DNA of 62,874 nt, filler included, from Diploschistes diacapsis (GCA_023645945.1; 19 parts of 19 records of this genome joined end to end with filler, not necessarily neighbours in it), one strand, 5' to 3'; numbered from the whole stretch's first letter, positions 48,029-61,150 are shown. Made by a program: numbers and translations. Notes: generated by a model from the letters alone, not told the origin.

Positions 48029-49649
48029 ATGATTATATGTATACCATGTTTAGCTACGAGTGCTCTCACTCTGGCCGCTCTTACCCTAGGCGCAACCATC
48101 TCGATCCATCCCCCCACAACAGCACCCAGTACTGCTGCTGGACCCATTGACCATGCCTTTGTAGGCTTTGGGATTGAGGCTGCCTCTCTTCCCGATTATG
48201 CTGGTACCTGGAGACTGACCCATCAAACGTAGAGCTGGACTGATTTCCATAGGCAACACCTCCCACCCCAACACCTTCTCTGCCCAGCTGATCTCGAATA
48301 TCCAAAACAAGACTGGCGCTCCTGTTCAAATCCGCGTTGGAGGCACATCCCTGTAGGTCATGAACAATCAATCCACATCCTGTCTTTTGTCCCTTGCGAC
48401 TCTTTCCTCTTCCCCACTTCCCAACCCTTTACTTCTTTGCCCCCCCTCGCCTCTCCTGATTCTCTTTCAGGGACAACGCCAAATACATCCCCTCGCAAAC
48501 CGAAGCAATCGTCTACCCCTCCGGCCAGCAGTTTTTCAATGTCCCCATCGGCATCACCCTCGGCCCAGAATGGTTCAACTCCTTCTCCGCCCTCCCCGCT
48601 GTCAAATGGATCCTCGACGTCCCCCTCGAATTCTCCTCCGTCGACGCCAGCGTACAGTTCGCGCAAGCCGGCGTTCAAGCCATCACGATCGCCAACCTCC
48701 AAGCCATCGAGATCGGCAACGAACCCAACTTCTACAACGATAACACGGAAACCATCGCAAACTACGTCAGCGCCTTCCAAAACTATTCCGCCGCCATAAC
48801 ATCCTCCGTCCCCGGCCTCTCGAGCCTCGACCCCATCTACCAAGGCGCCACCGTCGCCTCGGGCGCCCCTCTACCGCCATGGGACGCAAGCACTCTCTTC
48901 ACCAGCGGCCTCGGCTCGCTCAAAAACATCAAGAGCGTCAGCTACCACTACTACCAAACAACCTACGGCCACAACATCTCGACCACCCTCCTCAACCACA
49001 CCCTCACCACCACCACCCTCCGCGACGCCTTCCAGCCCAGCCTCTCCTACCTCTCCTCCGGCTCATCCCCCAAACTTCCCTCCGGCTCGCCCATCCCTTT
49101 TGTCCTGGGCGAAGTCGGCTCCTCGCTCAACACGGACGCGAGCAACAGCACGCAGCTTAACGACTTCCCCCTCGAATCTGTCCTTGGCGCCGCAATCTGG
49201 ACCGTCGACTTCCTGCTGTACGCCCTGAGCATCGGCGTCGGGCGCGTCTCGATGCAGCAGATCCGGGGCGCCGCGTACGACGGCTGGCAGCCCGCACCGC
49301 TACCAACGCAGAACTACGGCACCGAGCAGCCGGCCGTCCTGCCGCCGTACTACGGCTACCTGTTCGCCGCCGACTTCATCGGCCCAGCCTCGGACGTGCG
49401 CGTCGAATACCTCCCGCTCCCCGCGAGCCCGGCCGGTGCGAACGCGTCGGCGTACGCGGCCTACGACGCCGGCGCCCTCGCGCGCGTCGCGGTGCTGAAC
49501 ACGCAGTTCTGGATCCCCGGCTCGGGCGTCGCGAGGCCGGTGCTGAAGGTCAGCGTCGCGGTTCCGAGCGGGGTGGGCAGTGTGCGGGTCGATAAGTTGT
49601 CCGCGGGGGCAGGCGCGGGGGCGGAGAGCGAGGGCGGTTTGAGTTGGAG
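48029..49649 (+). CDS. Secreted GH79 beta-glucuronidase-like glycoside hydrolase, 3'-truncated
   Basis: Signal peptide, FVGFGIE, IRVGGT, IEIGNEPN (acid/base), FVLGEVGS (nucleophile), GAAIWTVDF and PPYYGYLFAADFIG; two introns near 48204-48252 and 48353-48469. Confidence 0.9.
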
Positions 49650-50101
49650 NNNNNNNNNNNNNNNNNNNNNNNNNNNNNNNNNNNNNNNNNNNNTTAATTA
49701 ATTAANNNNNNNNNNNNNNNNNNNNNNNNNNNNNNNNNNNNNNNNNNNNGTATTTTAAAATCGAGTTTTTTTGGTTAACTATTTTGATAACTCGAATTAC
49801 ATATTCTCTATCGTTGGTTATTTCGAAGGCCAGTCGGACCTATTTTTTAAATCTTACGAAATTTTTAAACATTCCGTAATTATTTTTTTAATTTTTTAAA
49901 TATACGTCGAGATAAGATTTTATTTATATTAATACGCGGTTACGTATAAATCCTACGACGAAGATTATTCGTTTTCTTTAATCATTTATAATATGCGGAT
50001 TTTAATAAAAATATATTAAAAATTAAAATATTTAATATTTTAATTTTTTTCGGTTTTCGTGAAACGTTATTGGTTTTATAGCTTTTATAATAAATTCTTT
50101 A

Positions 50102-50973
50102 TGTTGAGCAGGCAGGCAGAATGCATGGCTGGGAAGTTTAGCTGAACCTCAGGTTCAGGTTCAGTTCAACTGAACCTACTAGAGTTCCTGTTAATCCTAA
50201 TCGGGAATAGTGCAAGTCTATAGGGCTTAATGGATCCTATTAGTATAAAAACTTGCATATAGATTTTTCCTTCTAATTAGATCTTTAGATATCTAGACTT
50301 CAATATATACGTTACCCAAAAGATTATGAACCCGGATTAGTTTATTATCCCGTCGCGTTTATGTATTGAAAGTAATGTCTCCGGGCAGGTGTTACCGTTA
50401 CGATTACGGGATCTAATTACGTTACCTATTATAGGTTAAATTGAAGAGATTTTATAAGCCTAAGATCTGGATCATAGCACCCTAAGGTAATTAGATCCAA
50501 AATAGAAGTTAAACTACTTATCAATAAAACGCGGGTACCGACTACGTTATTCTAAAAGAGCTAAATTGGCTGAACCAAGTCAAAATTTAGGACCTGAGTT
50601 TAGGTTTATTTAGTTGACACCCGAAAATCTTTTTTCTTGATAATTATCGAAATCTAGTAGAGTTCTATTGCTATATTTATTCGATTATTCTGGACAAGTA
50701 TCGAAGTTTAGTTGAATTCGCTGAACTTACTCGATTACCTTTACTTCTTCAGCAGAAAACTTACACCTCTCTACTCTATTTATCAACGATTTACCAACTA
50801 CGATTTATTTATTATACCAATCTTCTTTATTTACGAAAACTGTAATTATAAAAGATATTATAAGCAAGAAAAGAATAGCTCCAATATTGAACAAGAAAAA
50901 CCATAAAAAATGATTTATATTAATTAAGAATTATTTCTAAAGCGAAAGAACAAACGACGTGTTATTGTACGAA
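50102..50973 (+). mobile_element. Copia family A: 5' LTR (50102-50321), PBS and leader
   Basis: TGTTGAGCAGGCAGGCAG start, RIP-altered PBS GATTATGAACCCGG, and a leader related to 21573-22267. Confidence 0.82.
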
Positions 50974-51073
50974 NNNNNNNNNNNNNNNNNNNNNNNNNNN
51001 NNNNNNNNNNNNNNNNNTTAATTAATTAANNNNNNNNNNNNNNNNNNNNNNNNNNNNNNNNNNNNNNNNNNNN

Positions 51074-51603
51074 ATATAAATATGCTTAATTAATTCCTTA
51101 TTTAAATAAAGAATTTGGCTAAGCGTATTAATCAAATATATCTATTCTTTTATCGCTTCTTTTAACGCTATATATTTTGCTTCATAGTTGCTAAGCGCTA
51201 CTGTTTTTTAGAATATCGAAACCTAGGATATGGCGCTAGTCCCGATTAGGAATAAATAACAGATAATCGATTTTCGACTTTCATAATCCCCCCCCCAATC
51301 AGAATCGCAGTAGCCTTTTAGGCCATAAAAGGTCTAATTATATGATAAACCGAAATTCCAGTTATATCGTAGATATTGCCAAATGCGGTTTAGCGCCGAA
51401 AAATGATCTGGGCCTAGATTCTGCATAAATCTGACGCATAGTCTTACTAGGTAGGCTAAATCAGGCCTAATTATTGTCGTTAAGTAAATAAACGATCCTA
51501 TTTGCTACTAGTATGTTTTAATGTCATCCGCGTTAACCTGTTCGGAATTAAGCTCTAACTTCACTCCTTGACGGTAGGGATTAGATGCTGTTTTGGCCCC
51601 TTT
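51074..51603 (-). mobile_element. Copia RT/RNase H fragment (second family)
   Basis: RPDLAY, GYCDSDWGGDYESRKS and KTVALS..EAKYIA motifs. Confidence 0.88.
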
Positions 51604-52058
51604 TGTTACGATCCAAGTACCAGACTTGGCACGTCCCAGCTTTGTATATAGATCAATCACGGGACTAGGGGTCACGTGATGCGCTTACTGCTCGCGCTCA
51701 TTTTCGTGAGCGGCGAGTAAGCTTTTATTACTACTCGATGGTCGCGTTTATTCTCGTGAACGACGAGCCTCGAAAACACCGCTCGTTAAACTTACGATAA
51801 ACGATAAGCGAGTTAATTATATATAAACACGACTCTACCTTCGTGAAAAAGAACGTGTTTACTTTTATAAATATCTTTAACGATTACTCGAGATCAATTT
51901 ATATTCGTTATCTTTATTACTTTAGAACCTTCTTTCCAGAAATAATCTAAAATTTATAACTATTCTATCTTCTTTTCCTACCACACTCCTCTTCTAACAG
52001 AAATTAAACCCACCTTAATCCTACTCGTGTATACCTTATATAAATAGAGATCATAACA
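51604..52058 (+). mobile_element. Complete LTR (family D, ~455 bp) inserted into copia RT
   Basis: Termini TGTTACGATC...GATCATAACA are inverted (TG...CA). The 3' part recurs at ~55055-55186 and a related inverted end lies at 52822-52905. Confidence 0.7.
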
Positions 52059-52170
52059 GCCAGTTTCGCCAGGTTTCGCCAGTTTCGCCGGTTTCGCCAG
52101 TTTCGCTAAACGTTTTAGCAAAAGCTAGCGAAATAAGCGAAACCCGCGAAACAAACACTTTCGCCAGAAA
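52059..52170 (+). repeat. GCCAGTTTC tandem subterminal-type repeats of an unidentified element
   Basis: GCCAGTTTC-GCCAGGTTTC-GCCAGTTTC-GCCGGTTTC-GCCAGTTTC, followed by inverted GCGAAA copies. Confidence 0.6.
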
Positions 52171-52905
52171 TTTTTTTTTACTTAAAAAACTTTTCGTGAT
52201 ATGATACGGATATTATAATACAATAAAAGTACGGACACGGGATATTATATTAAAATATTCGTGTATTTATTAATACTATTCTAATATACGTATATTANNN
52301 NNNNNNNNNNNNNNNNNNNNNNNNNNNNNNNNNNNNNNNNNTTAATTAATTAANNNNNNNNNNNNNNNNNNNNNNNNNNNNNNNNNNNNNNNNNNNNGTC
52401 CAATCTTTTAAAAAAAGGTCGTATTAAGATTTTTGATGCCATTTGCCCGCGAAGATAATTATAGATGGTATTACTTCGTACGAAATATTAATAATTTAAT
52501 AATTATTACCTATTCTCGATTTCTTGGTTGAAGATATATAGAACGATTATATATTTTAGATATAATAATTACTTTTATATTTATAATTATTCCTATTTGA
52601 AACATTATTTTATCGAAATTGTAGATATCTTCCGGATAAATATTGTATTTATTAATCTTTTCTCGTACGAAACGAAATTATTTTTGTACGATATCCGGAT
52701 TTTCATTCTAAATTCTTTATTTATCGTATTTTCGAAAAGTTTAACACGTAAATTAAGTTATTGTTAAAGAAATCGATCAATCTAATTTATTCCGATTTTT
52801 GATACGGAATTGTTCGTACAATGTTATGATCTCTATCTCTACAACGTAGACACGAGGTATTGATCAAGGTAGGTTTAATCCCTGGTAAAAAAAAAGTATA
52901 GAAAG

Positions 52906-53621
52906 TGTTTGGCAACGTAATGGATATATTGAAGTCTAGAGGTCTTCCCCCGGAGGTTATCCTACTTTACAGACTTTTATCCTCGTGAGATACGCTAAGC
53001 CCTATTACCTACACTATTCCCTAATCGGTCTAGTTAAAATTCCAAAAGGTTCAGCTGAACTGAACCTCGGAATTCAACTAAACTGAACTTCCTTCTAAAA
53101 CTCAGTCGAATTCCCAGTCATACTTTCTATTTATCTATTCAATACTTCCCTACAGGCGGAATCGTCCGGTATATCTATATAATTTAACTAAATATCTTTT
53201 AAACTAAACCGAGTCTTTTAATAAAGACGTCGTGTTTCGAGTAATTTAATAATTTCGTAAGTTTATTAATAATCATTTTATCGGTAAGAACATAAGATAC
53301 CTTAATACGTCCTTACTTAATAAGATCTCGTACGTGATAATAAGTAATATCGACGTGTTTTAAACGGTCGTTAATCTTTACGTGTTTTATTAGGTCTAAA
53401 GAACTAATATTATCACCGAGTAGATTAATAATATAAAGAAATAATCCTATAAGATTAGAATAACCAATATCTTTTAAAAACTATAAGTATTATAAGGCTT
53501 ATTTAGCGAAGTGAAATAAACCAATATATTCAGTTTTTGTAATTGACGTTAAAATTGAGTTCTATTTTTTGTTTATTTAGGATATTGATTTACCGTATAG
53601 CTGAAAGATATGTCTATATAT
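52906..53621 (-). mobile_element. Copia family A: 3' LTR (52906-53144) and RNase H
   Basis: Homologous to 28952-29425; inserted into a family D-like LTR end. Confidence 0.85.
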
Positions 53622-53721
53622 NNNNNNNNNNNNNNNNNNNNNNNNNNNNNNNNNNNNNNNNNNNNTTAATTAATTAANNNNNNNNNNNNNNNNNNNNNNN
53701 NNNNNNNNNNNNNNNNNNNNN

Positions 53722-53957
53722 TTTTTAATTACGGTGTCCGTGTCCGTGAATTCACGGAAGTGCAATATCAGTATTAGTGTTAATGTTTTAAAATTTTTAA
53801 TTGCAGTGTCCGTGTCCGTGCTTTTACTGCAGTGCAGTATCCGTGTTAGTGTCCGTGTTTTAAAATTTTAGCTGTCGTGTCCGTGTCAGTGTCCGTGTTT
53901 TGAAACTTTTTGTTGCAGTGTCCGTGTCAGTGACCGTGGCACGAAACGGCCAGCCTA
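53722..53957 (+). mobile_element. Right end of the TAGGCTGGCCGT MITE family
   Basis: Near-identical to ~55655-55866. Confidence 0.85.
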
Positions 53958-54837
53958 CGTAGGACAGATTTATGCTAGAACTTATTAAAGAAAAGAAGAA
54001 AATAAGAAGGGCAAAATCCCCCTTCAAGTACCAGCAAGCCAAGACCCTGAGCGCGGCTTGTCCGACTCTTGGCATGCTACTCGCTTGGCCTTACATTAAT
54101 AACGTGCTCGTTAAATACGGCTCGCTTACGAATAGCTTACGTTTTATATTCCGTTTCGATTGTCGGAAACGTGGTTTAAATCTTTAAATTCGTTACTTTC
54201 GTAATTAAATCTTAAATTCTTTTTTTTAACAATTTCTAACGTTTTCTTTTAAGATATAAGATGTGTTCCCGGTTAAATCGCGAAGGATTTACGTCCGATA
54301 AATATTTTTTTCGGTAGTAGAGTTTGATTAATCTTTTTCGTCTAATTTAGGAATTTCGACGGCGACGCGTTCCTTTCAACGATTTCTTTTTTTCGCCAGG
54401 CTTCTGCGGTTATTGATCGTGAGGATTCCGTTAATATTTTTTTATATATTGATGATTCCCGTCGAGATAAAACAACGGTTTCCGTTAGATTTACGGTTAT
54501 TATCGATTTATTAATATTTCGGGATATAATCGCGGTTTTTCGTTTTTTTTTGGTTATTCTACCGGATTATTGCTTTATTGAAGGAGGAGAAATTAGAACT
54601 GTTAAGGATAAAATATAATAATATAATAATCGTAATTATAGTATTTATAAAGTAATCTTTAAAGAAGAAAGTAAGAAATTTCCTTCTAAAAACTCCTCTT
54701 ATGTGGGCCCGCGGCCTTGGCGCGGTGCTAAAGCTGAGATCTTCCGCTCGCCCGGAGGACTGTCACAGGTATCTGTTACATTCTTTCTAATTTAAGTATT
54801 TTAAAAATTATCTTGATTAATATAATTAATTTTATTA

Positions 54838-54944
54838 ACGTATATGCATAGCGAGCGGACACTTATAGCGAGCGGACATCTTTCTCGGTTCGTACGAGTT
54901 ATAACTATATTTACGCAATCACTTCTTACGATAATTCATTATAT
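54838..54944 (+). mobile_element. Fot1/pogo-like TIR
   Basis: TA-ACGTATATGCATAGCGAGCGGACACTTATAGCGAGCGGACATC; its reverse complement lies at ~61437-61479, followed by TA. Confidence 0.75.
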
Positions 54945-55274
54945 NNNNNNNNNNNNNNNNNNNNNNNNNNNNNNNNNNNNNNNNNNNNTTAATTAATTAA
55001 NNNNNNNNNNNNNNNNNNNNNNNNNNNNNNNNNNNNNNNNNNNNTTATTAAAGAGCTTTCTTTTTAAAAATAGTCTAAGATTTATAACTATTCTATCTTT
55101 TTCTTTTATCACACTCCTCTTCTAACAGAAACCAAACCCACCTTGATCCTACTCGTGTATATCTTATATAGATAGAGATCATAACACGTAATAGGTTTTA
55201 GTATATTCGGTTTAATAAATTTAGGTTCAGGTTTAGATTTAATTCTTTTTTTTAAAATTTTAATCCGTAAGAGC

Positions 55275-55866
55275 TAGGCTGGCCGTCACTGACACTGACA
55301 CGGCCGTGTTAGTAACACGGACACTGATAGTATTAGTATCCGTGTTTTAGATTTTTTAGCTACGGTGTCCGTGTCCGTGGATTCACGGAAATGCAGTGTC
55401 CGTGTCAGTATTAATGTTTTAAAATTTTTAATTGTAGTATCCGTGTCCGGGTTTTTATTACACTGTAGTGTCCGGGTGAGTGTCCGTGTCGAAAATTTTT
55501 TTATTACGGTGTCCGTGTCCGTGCATTCACCGAAACATTTTAAATTATTTTTTTAATTTTAATAATTCTAGAATTATCACGCCTATTTCTCACGCTTTTA
55601 TTTTTTTAAAAAAATTTCACTGCAGTGTTTTAATGGATTCATCATAATGTTTCGGTGGATTCACGGAAATGCAGTGTCCGTGTTAATGTCAGTGTTTTAA
55701 AATTTTTAATTGTAGTATCCGTGTCCGTGCTTTCACTGCAGTGTAGTATCCGTGTCAGTGTCCGTGTTTTAAAATTTTAGCTGTCGTGTCCGTGTCAGTG
55801 TCCGTGTTTTGAAAATTTTTGCTGCAGTGTCCGTGTCAGTGACCGTGGCACGAAACGGCCAGCCTA
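55275..55866 (+). mobile_element. Complete 592-bp non-autonomous hAT-like MITE
   Basis: 12-bp TIR TAGGCTGGCCGT / ACGGCCAGCCTA with dense GTGTCCGTG subterminal repeats and no ORF. The TSD is not clean (GTAAGAGC vs GAGAGAAC). Confidence 0.82.
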
Positions 55867-57216
55867 GAGAGAACCAGAAAACAAGAAAAAGAAAAAAGAA
55901 GGAAAAAACAACAAAAAAATAAGACGGATATAACGAGTAAAGAAAGAAAGTTTAATGCATTATTAAAACCAGAGGCTTTGCAGTAGAAAGAATAAGAGAA
56001 AGCATAAGATTATGATTCTAAAAAAAAATCAAAAGAATATCAAAAAAAAGCGGTAAAACAGCGTAAAAAATTAAATAAGGAATATCGTTCCTTTTCTTTT
56101 TCGAATTATTTATAAATAAATTAAAAAAATTATTCACGGACTATCGCGTCTTTCTTTCTCTTATAATTAATTTACAATTCCCTTCAAGCATTAATAATAT
56201 TAAGGACCTTTAAAATACTTTACTCGACCACGATTAATATAAAAACGACATATCATGATCTTAAATCNNNNNNNNNNNNNNNNNNNNNNNNNNNNNNNNN
56301 NNNNNNNNNNNTTAATTAATTAANNNNNNNNNNNNNNNNNNNNNNNNNNNNNNNNNNNNNNNNNNNNCCCCCTGGAATGGGTGGGGAGGCTGGGGGGGGG
56401 TGGAGATTAGATAGGAGGGAGGTTTCTTTGTTGTTGTTGTTGTTGCAAGCTCTGCCGGGGCGGGGGGATTAGTAAAGCAGCAGCAGCAAGGTACATGTAT
56501 AGGACGAGGGAGGTGCGATGGCGAATGAAACGAAATGAGATGGATGGAATGGGATGGGAGGAATCGTTGGTACGTGTAGAACGGAGGAAGAGGAAGAGGA
56601 AGAGGGGCGCCGGTGGAGGCGGTGGCAGGCACTCAGTAAGTATCTACCCTTCCCTTCGATGGAGGAGACCGAGCTAGGTGATGTGATATAATAATATTCA
56701 TTGCATCATCATTCGACGGCGAGAAGCTTTTGCGTCTGCAATATAGCATCGCCTTTGATTAATCACCCGCGTATGTGTACATGGAAGCCGTTGATAAATA
56801 GTTGCTTGTATTTGTATCCTCCCTACCAACCCACCCAGGCCCTGCCCCAACCGCTGGCACCTGATACAGTCTCTCCCCTTCCTCCCTCCAAGCTCCATGC
56901 ACGGTGTCCAGCAGAAGGCAAGATATTGGCCGTGCAAAGAGCAAGCTGACCTCGTCGGACCAAGCACTCGTCGGCCGGCGCGCTCCCATACTGCCTCGCT
57001 TCGATGGAGCAGCAGACACGGTCCTTCCACACAATCCCCCACTCGCTTCTCTTCAAACCAACATACATGCACACCCACTAAACTTCCCTTTCCTGGCCGC
57101 CCAAGCTCCAATTCCCATCATGCCACGTATTCGCATTCGGATACCCCGTGCCGCACACGCTCCAGCTCCAACTGCCGCGCCGCTCCGCCGCTCCCACCTC
57201 CTTAGTATCGACGAGC

Positions 57217-57589
57217 TTAGAAGAAAAAGTACGCCACCAGAAAACTGAGCAAGCACAGCGCCGCGACAATCTGCACGGGCACGCCCTCCGCCGGCTGGCT
57301 CTGGACGCCCATGCCCGTCGTGCCCGCCGTGACCCTCTCGCGCGCGTCCTGGGCCACCGCGTCGCTCTTGCGCTGCCGCAGCCCCTGCTCCTCGAGCTGG
57401 GCCTTGAGCCGCGTGATGGTCGCCTGTGCGTTTTCTAGCTGCTGGTTCACGGTAGACTGGGTGGAGGATGCAACGGCGGAGATGGAGGAGGCGGCGGTGT
57501 TTAGGGTCGAGGAGATGGTGGAGGATTGGGCACCCGTGGTGCTGCTACTGTTTTTTTCGGGGGAGGTGGAGACGTGCAGGGGCTGGGTG
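57217..57589 (-). CDS. SCS2: VAP/Scs2 ER tail-anchored protein, C-terminal fragment
   Basis: Coiled coil followed by GLRQRK and the tail anchor GVPVQIVAALCLLSFLVAYFFF*. Confidence 0.85.
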
Positions 57590-57689
57590 NNNNNNNNNNN
57601 NNNNNNNNNNNNNNNNNNNNNNNNNNNNNNNNNTTAATTAATTAANNNNNNNNNNNNNNNNNNNNNNNNNNNNNNNNNNNNNNNNNNNN

Positions 57690-57971
57690 GAATATTTTTA
57701 CGGATATTATATTATAATAAAAGCACGGATATGGATATCGTAATTAAAATTTTTTCGACACGGATATTAACACGGATATTATATTATAATAAAAACACGG
57801 ATACGGATATTACGATTAAAATTTTTAAAACACGGATATTTCTACGGACATTATACTATAATAAAAGCACGGATACGGACATTACGGCTAAAAATTTTAA
57901 AACACGGATACTACCACGGCCGTGTCCGTGGCACGGACACGGCCGTGTCAGTGTCCGTGACGGCCAGCCTA
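57690..57971 (-). mobile_element. TAGGCTGGCCGT MITE terminus inserted into a copia LTR
   Basis: Ends GTGACGGCCAGCCTA directly against a mid-LTR position of family A (57972-58139). Confidence 0.8.
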
Positions 57972-58911
57972 GAATAGTCTATATATAAGTTCTTATACCA
58001 ATAAGATCCATTAAGCCCTATAGACTTGCACTATTCCCGATTAGGATTAGCAGGAACCCCAGTAGGTTCAGCTAAACTAAACCTGAACCTGAGGTTCAGC
58101 TAAACTTCCCAGCCATACATTCTGCCTGCCTGCTCAACACGTATCCTAATATTAATCGATACAGGAATTAACGAAATATGTTTTATCGATAAAGAATTTA
58201 CCGAATAACTCGCGGAACGATTTAATCTCGTTCCGGTTAAGTTATTTAAGAAAATAAATAATACCTATATCGACGATAAATTTTAAAGATTTATTATTTA
58301 CGTCCTTTATCTGCCGTTATAATTAAAGAATTATTTTAATAATATAGTTCCTTTTTATATTTTATTCAAGATCGGGAAGCACCGCGTGATTATTAAAAGA
58401 AATAAATTGCATCTATATGACGCGGTAATAGATTATATTACTTTCGAGGTGACCTTTAAACCGAACCACTATAACTGTTTAGCAACGTAATGGATATATT
58501 GAAGTCTAGAGGTCTTCCCAGGAGGTTATCCTACTTTACAGACTTTTATCCTCGTGGGATACGTTAAGCCTTACTACCTATACTATTCCTTAATCGGTCT
58601 AGTTAGAATTCTAGGAGGTTCAACTGAACTGAACCTTTTTCTAAAACTCAATCGAATTTTTAACCATACCTTCTGTCTATTTATTCAACATTCCTCTATA
58701 GGCGGAATCGTCCGATATATTTATATAATCCAATTAAATATCTTTTAAACTAAACCGAATCCCTTAATAAAAACATCGTGCTTCGAATAGTTTAGTGGTT
58801 TTGTAAACTTATTAATAATCATTTTATCGGTAAAGATATAAGACACCTTAATACGTCCTTACTTGACAAAATCTTGTACGTAATAATAAACAATATCGAC
58901 GTACTTTAAAC
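57972..58911. mobile_element. Nested junction: partial family A LTR (57972-58139), Gypsy protease remnant (58140-58475, +), family A 3' LTR (58476-58690) and RNase H
   Basis: LTR homology to the other copies; ILILIDTG...FID aspartic protease motif; KYVDIVYYYVQD RNase H remnant. Confidence 0.78.
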
Positions 58912-59011
58912 NNNNNNNNNNNNNNNNNNNNNNNNNNNNNNNNNNNNNNNNNNNNTTAATTAATTAANNNNNNNNNNNNNNNNNNNNNNNNNNNNNNNNN
59001 NNNNNNNNNNN

Positions 59012-59931
59012 CCCTTGACCACCGCCCGCCCCTGGCACGCCGCGGCCGCGGCCTCGGCGCCCGCGCGCGTCGAGTAGTTGACGAAGGCGCAGTGGCTGCG
59101 GTGCGAGCAGATGAGGGAGCGTAGCGGGCCGAAGGGGGCGAAGAACGTGCGCAGCGCGTGCTCGGGGAGGTCGTCCTCGACGCCCGTGACGAAGAGGGAG
59201 GTTATGTGTGGATCCCGGGGGGGGAGGATGTCGGCCGCGGTGGGGAGCGAGGCGGTCGGGTTTGGGTTCGGGTTCGGGCGCCGGGAGCCTGGGGCGCTGC
59301 GGGCGAAGCGGGATGAAGAAGAAGAAGAAGATGAAGATGATGAAAAAGGGCCGGTGGTGCGGATGGGGCCCGGCGTGCCGGAGGCGGGGAGCCTGCGCTG
59401 GGCTTCTGTGCTGGTGTTGTTGTTGTCCGGGCTTTCGGCAGCCTCGGCCGCGAGCCGGCGCTGTTTCTTGTGGTACGGCTCCGAGTTGGCGAGGCGCCGC
59501 AGCAGCTCCTTCGCCTTGTCCTCCGTCCTCTCGTACTCCTCCAGCCCCTTGCCCTCCTCCAGCAGCTTCTCGTTGTTCTGCGCGTAGTACTCCCTGTTCA
59601 CGGCGCTGGTGGGGCCGGGCGCGACCATTTTCAGCGCCGCGTCGCGCACCACGATCGGCAGCCCGAAGCTCAGGTCCAGCATGCAGCACTGGCAGCAGTT
59701 CTTGAGGCGCGCACACGTCAGGCAGATGTTCGTGCGCGACGTGCGCGACGTGCGGTTGGCTTTCCACCGGAAGAGCGTGAAGGGCCGCGTGCAGAGCTTG
59801 CATTCGGAGCCGTAGTCTTCCTTCAGCATCTGCACGTACGGGTTCTCGGGCAGGCAGTTCTCGCACACGCTGGGGAAGTCGGTGGTTTCCCAGCCCGACC
59901 GGTTGAGGTCTTGTTTAATCTGGGGAGGCAT
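59012..59931 (-). CDS. SLT11: Pre-mRNA splicing factor Slt11/Ecm2 (RBM22), 3'-truncated
   Basis: WETTDFPSVCENCL, ECKLCTRPFT, CLTCARLKNCCQCCMLDL zinc fingers and an RRM (SLFVTG, CAFVNY). Confidence 0.95.
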
Positions 59932-60332
59932 GGCTGTGGGATGTTTGGAGGTGAAGATGGGGTATGTTGATTCTAGAGGGCGGGTAGTACCAAGCCAAAC
60001 GTAGAGGACTAAGGAGGGAGGGTTTGGAGAGGGTTACTGACATCGGGGGTCTCAATATGGGCGGGGACTGATCAATCTTGCCTAAAAATCCAGTTTAGCG
60101 TTATGCTCACCGCCTTAACACCCGATTTCGAATAAAAGGATCAGAATACTAAAACAGAATAGTATAATACCGGATATAAAATACGCAGAAATATTATATT
60201 CTCCTTGGAGCTTGACAGTCTGAAAACCCCAANNNNNNNNNNNNNNNNNNNNNNNNNNNNNNNNNNNNNNNNNNNNTTAATTAATTAANNNNNNNNNNNN
60301 NNNNNNNNNNNNNNNNNNNNNNNNNNNNNNNN

Positions 60333-61150
60333 CTTATTTATAGTTCGTCGATTTATCGATTTATAAATATAATACTTTTTATAATAAACGTCGTAAGTTA
60401 AACGAGTCGTTAAGATACCGTTATAAAAATATAAACGGGTTAGAATCTGCTTCGCATACCGGATATAAATGAATTCGTTTAATTCATATTTCGAAATAAT
60501 AATACGCTGGCTTATTAATAGCGATCCGATATCACGTCGCCATTTTTACTTTTTTAAAACGAATACCCTCATTTTTAAAGATAACAGGGACGTCTTAGCT
60601 TTCAGACATAATAATAGAACTTTTACGAAAATAAAATAAATAATTAACGAGAATAGAAGCAAAAAAAGAAAAGAAAAGATAAAGAAAATAAAACCTTTAT
60701 ATTAAATCTACGTTAATAGTAAATCAACAATAATAATATATAAAAGTATTAATAACTTGTCGTTAACGCGTTAGTTAAGAATTAATAAATATTAATAGAA
60801 CTATATATTAATGGTTAATATCATTAGAAATAAAAGATTAACGACATGTTAAAGATCTATTATCGTATAATTAATAACGAAAACACGTTACGATGATTAA
60901 ACGCTCTAAAAACAGAATTTAGGAAAGAAAAAGGTAATTATAATACGTAAAACCCAATAAAGGCTACCAGGAGGTATATCAAGCATATATCAAGACCCGT
61001 TAACGTGTTCTTATATAAGAGCAGAGTTTTCGCAGACAGAGATAATTTTTCAGAAGTTATTTCATCAATACACTTATCGTCTAGCGGAGATCTAGCTACC
61101 GAATAGCCACTTATCTGCCTTATTGTCACACTGTAGTATTAGCCTTTACA
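60333..61150 (-). mobile_element. LTR family C terminus with RIP-mutated internal sequence
   Basis: Starts TGTAAAGGCTAATACTACAGTG; homologous to 25551-25879. Confidence 0.7.

Noticed and set aside
55300..55850. GTGTCCGT arrays as CRISPR or telomeric repeats
   Set aside because: Irregular short motifs enclosed by TIRs in a eukaryotic genome, with no repeat-spacer structure and no TTAGGG.
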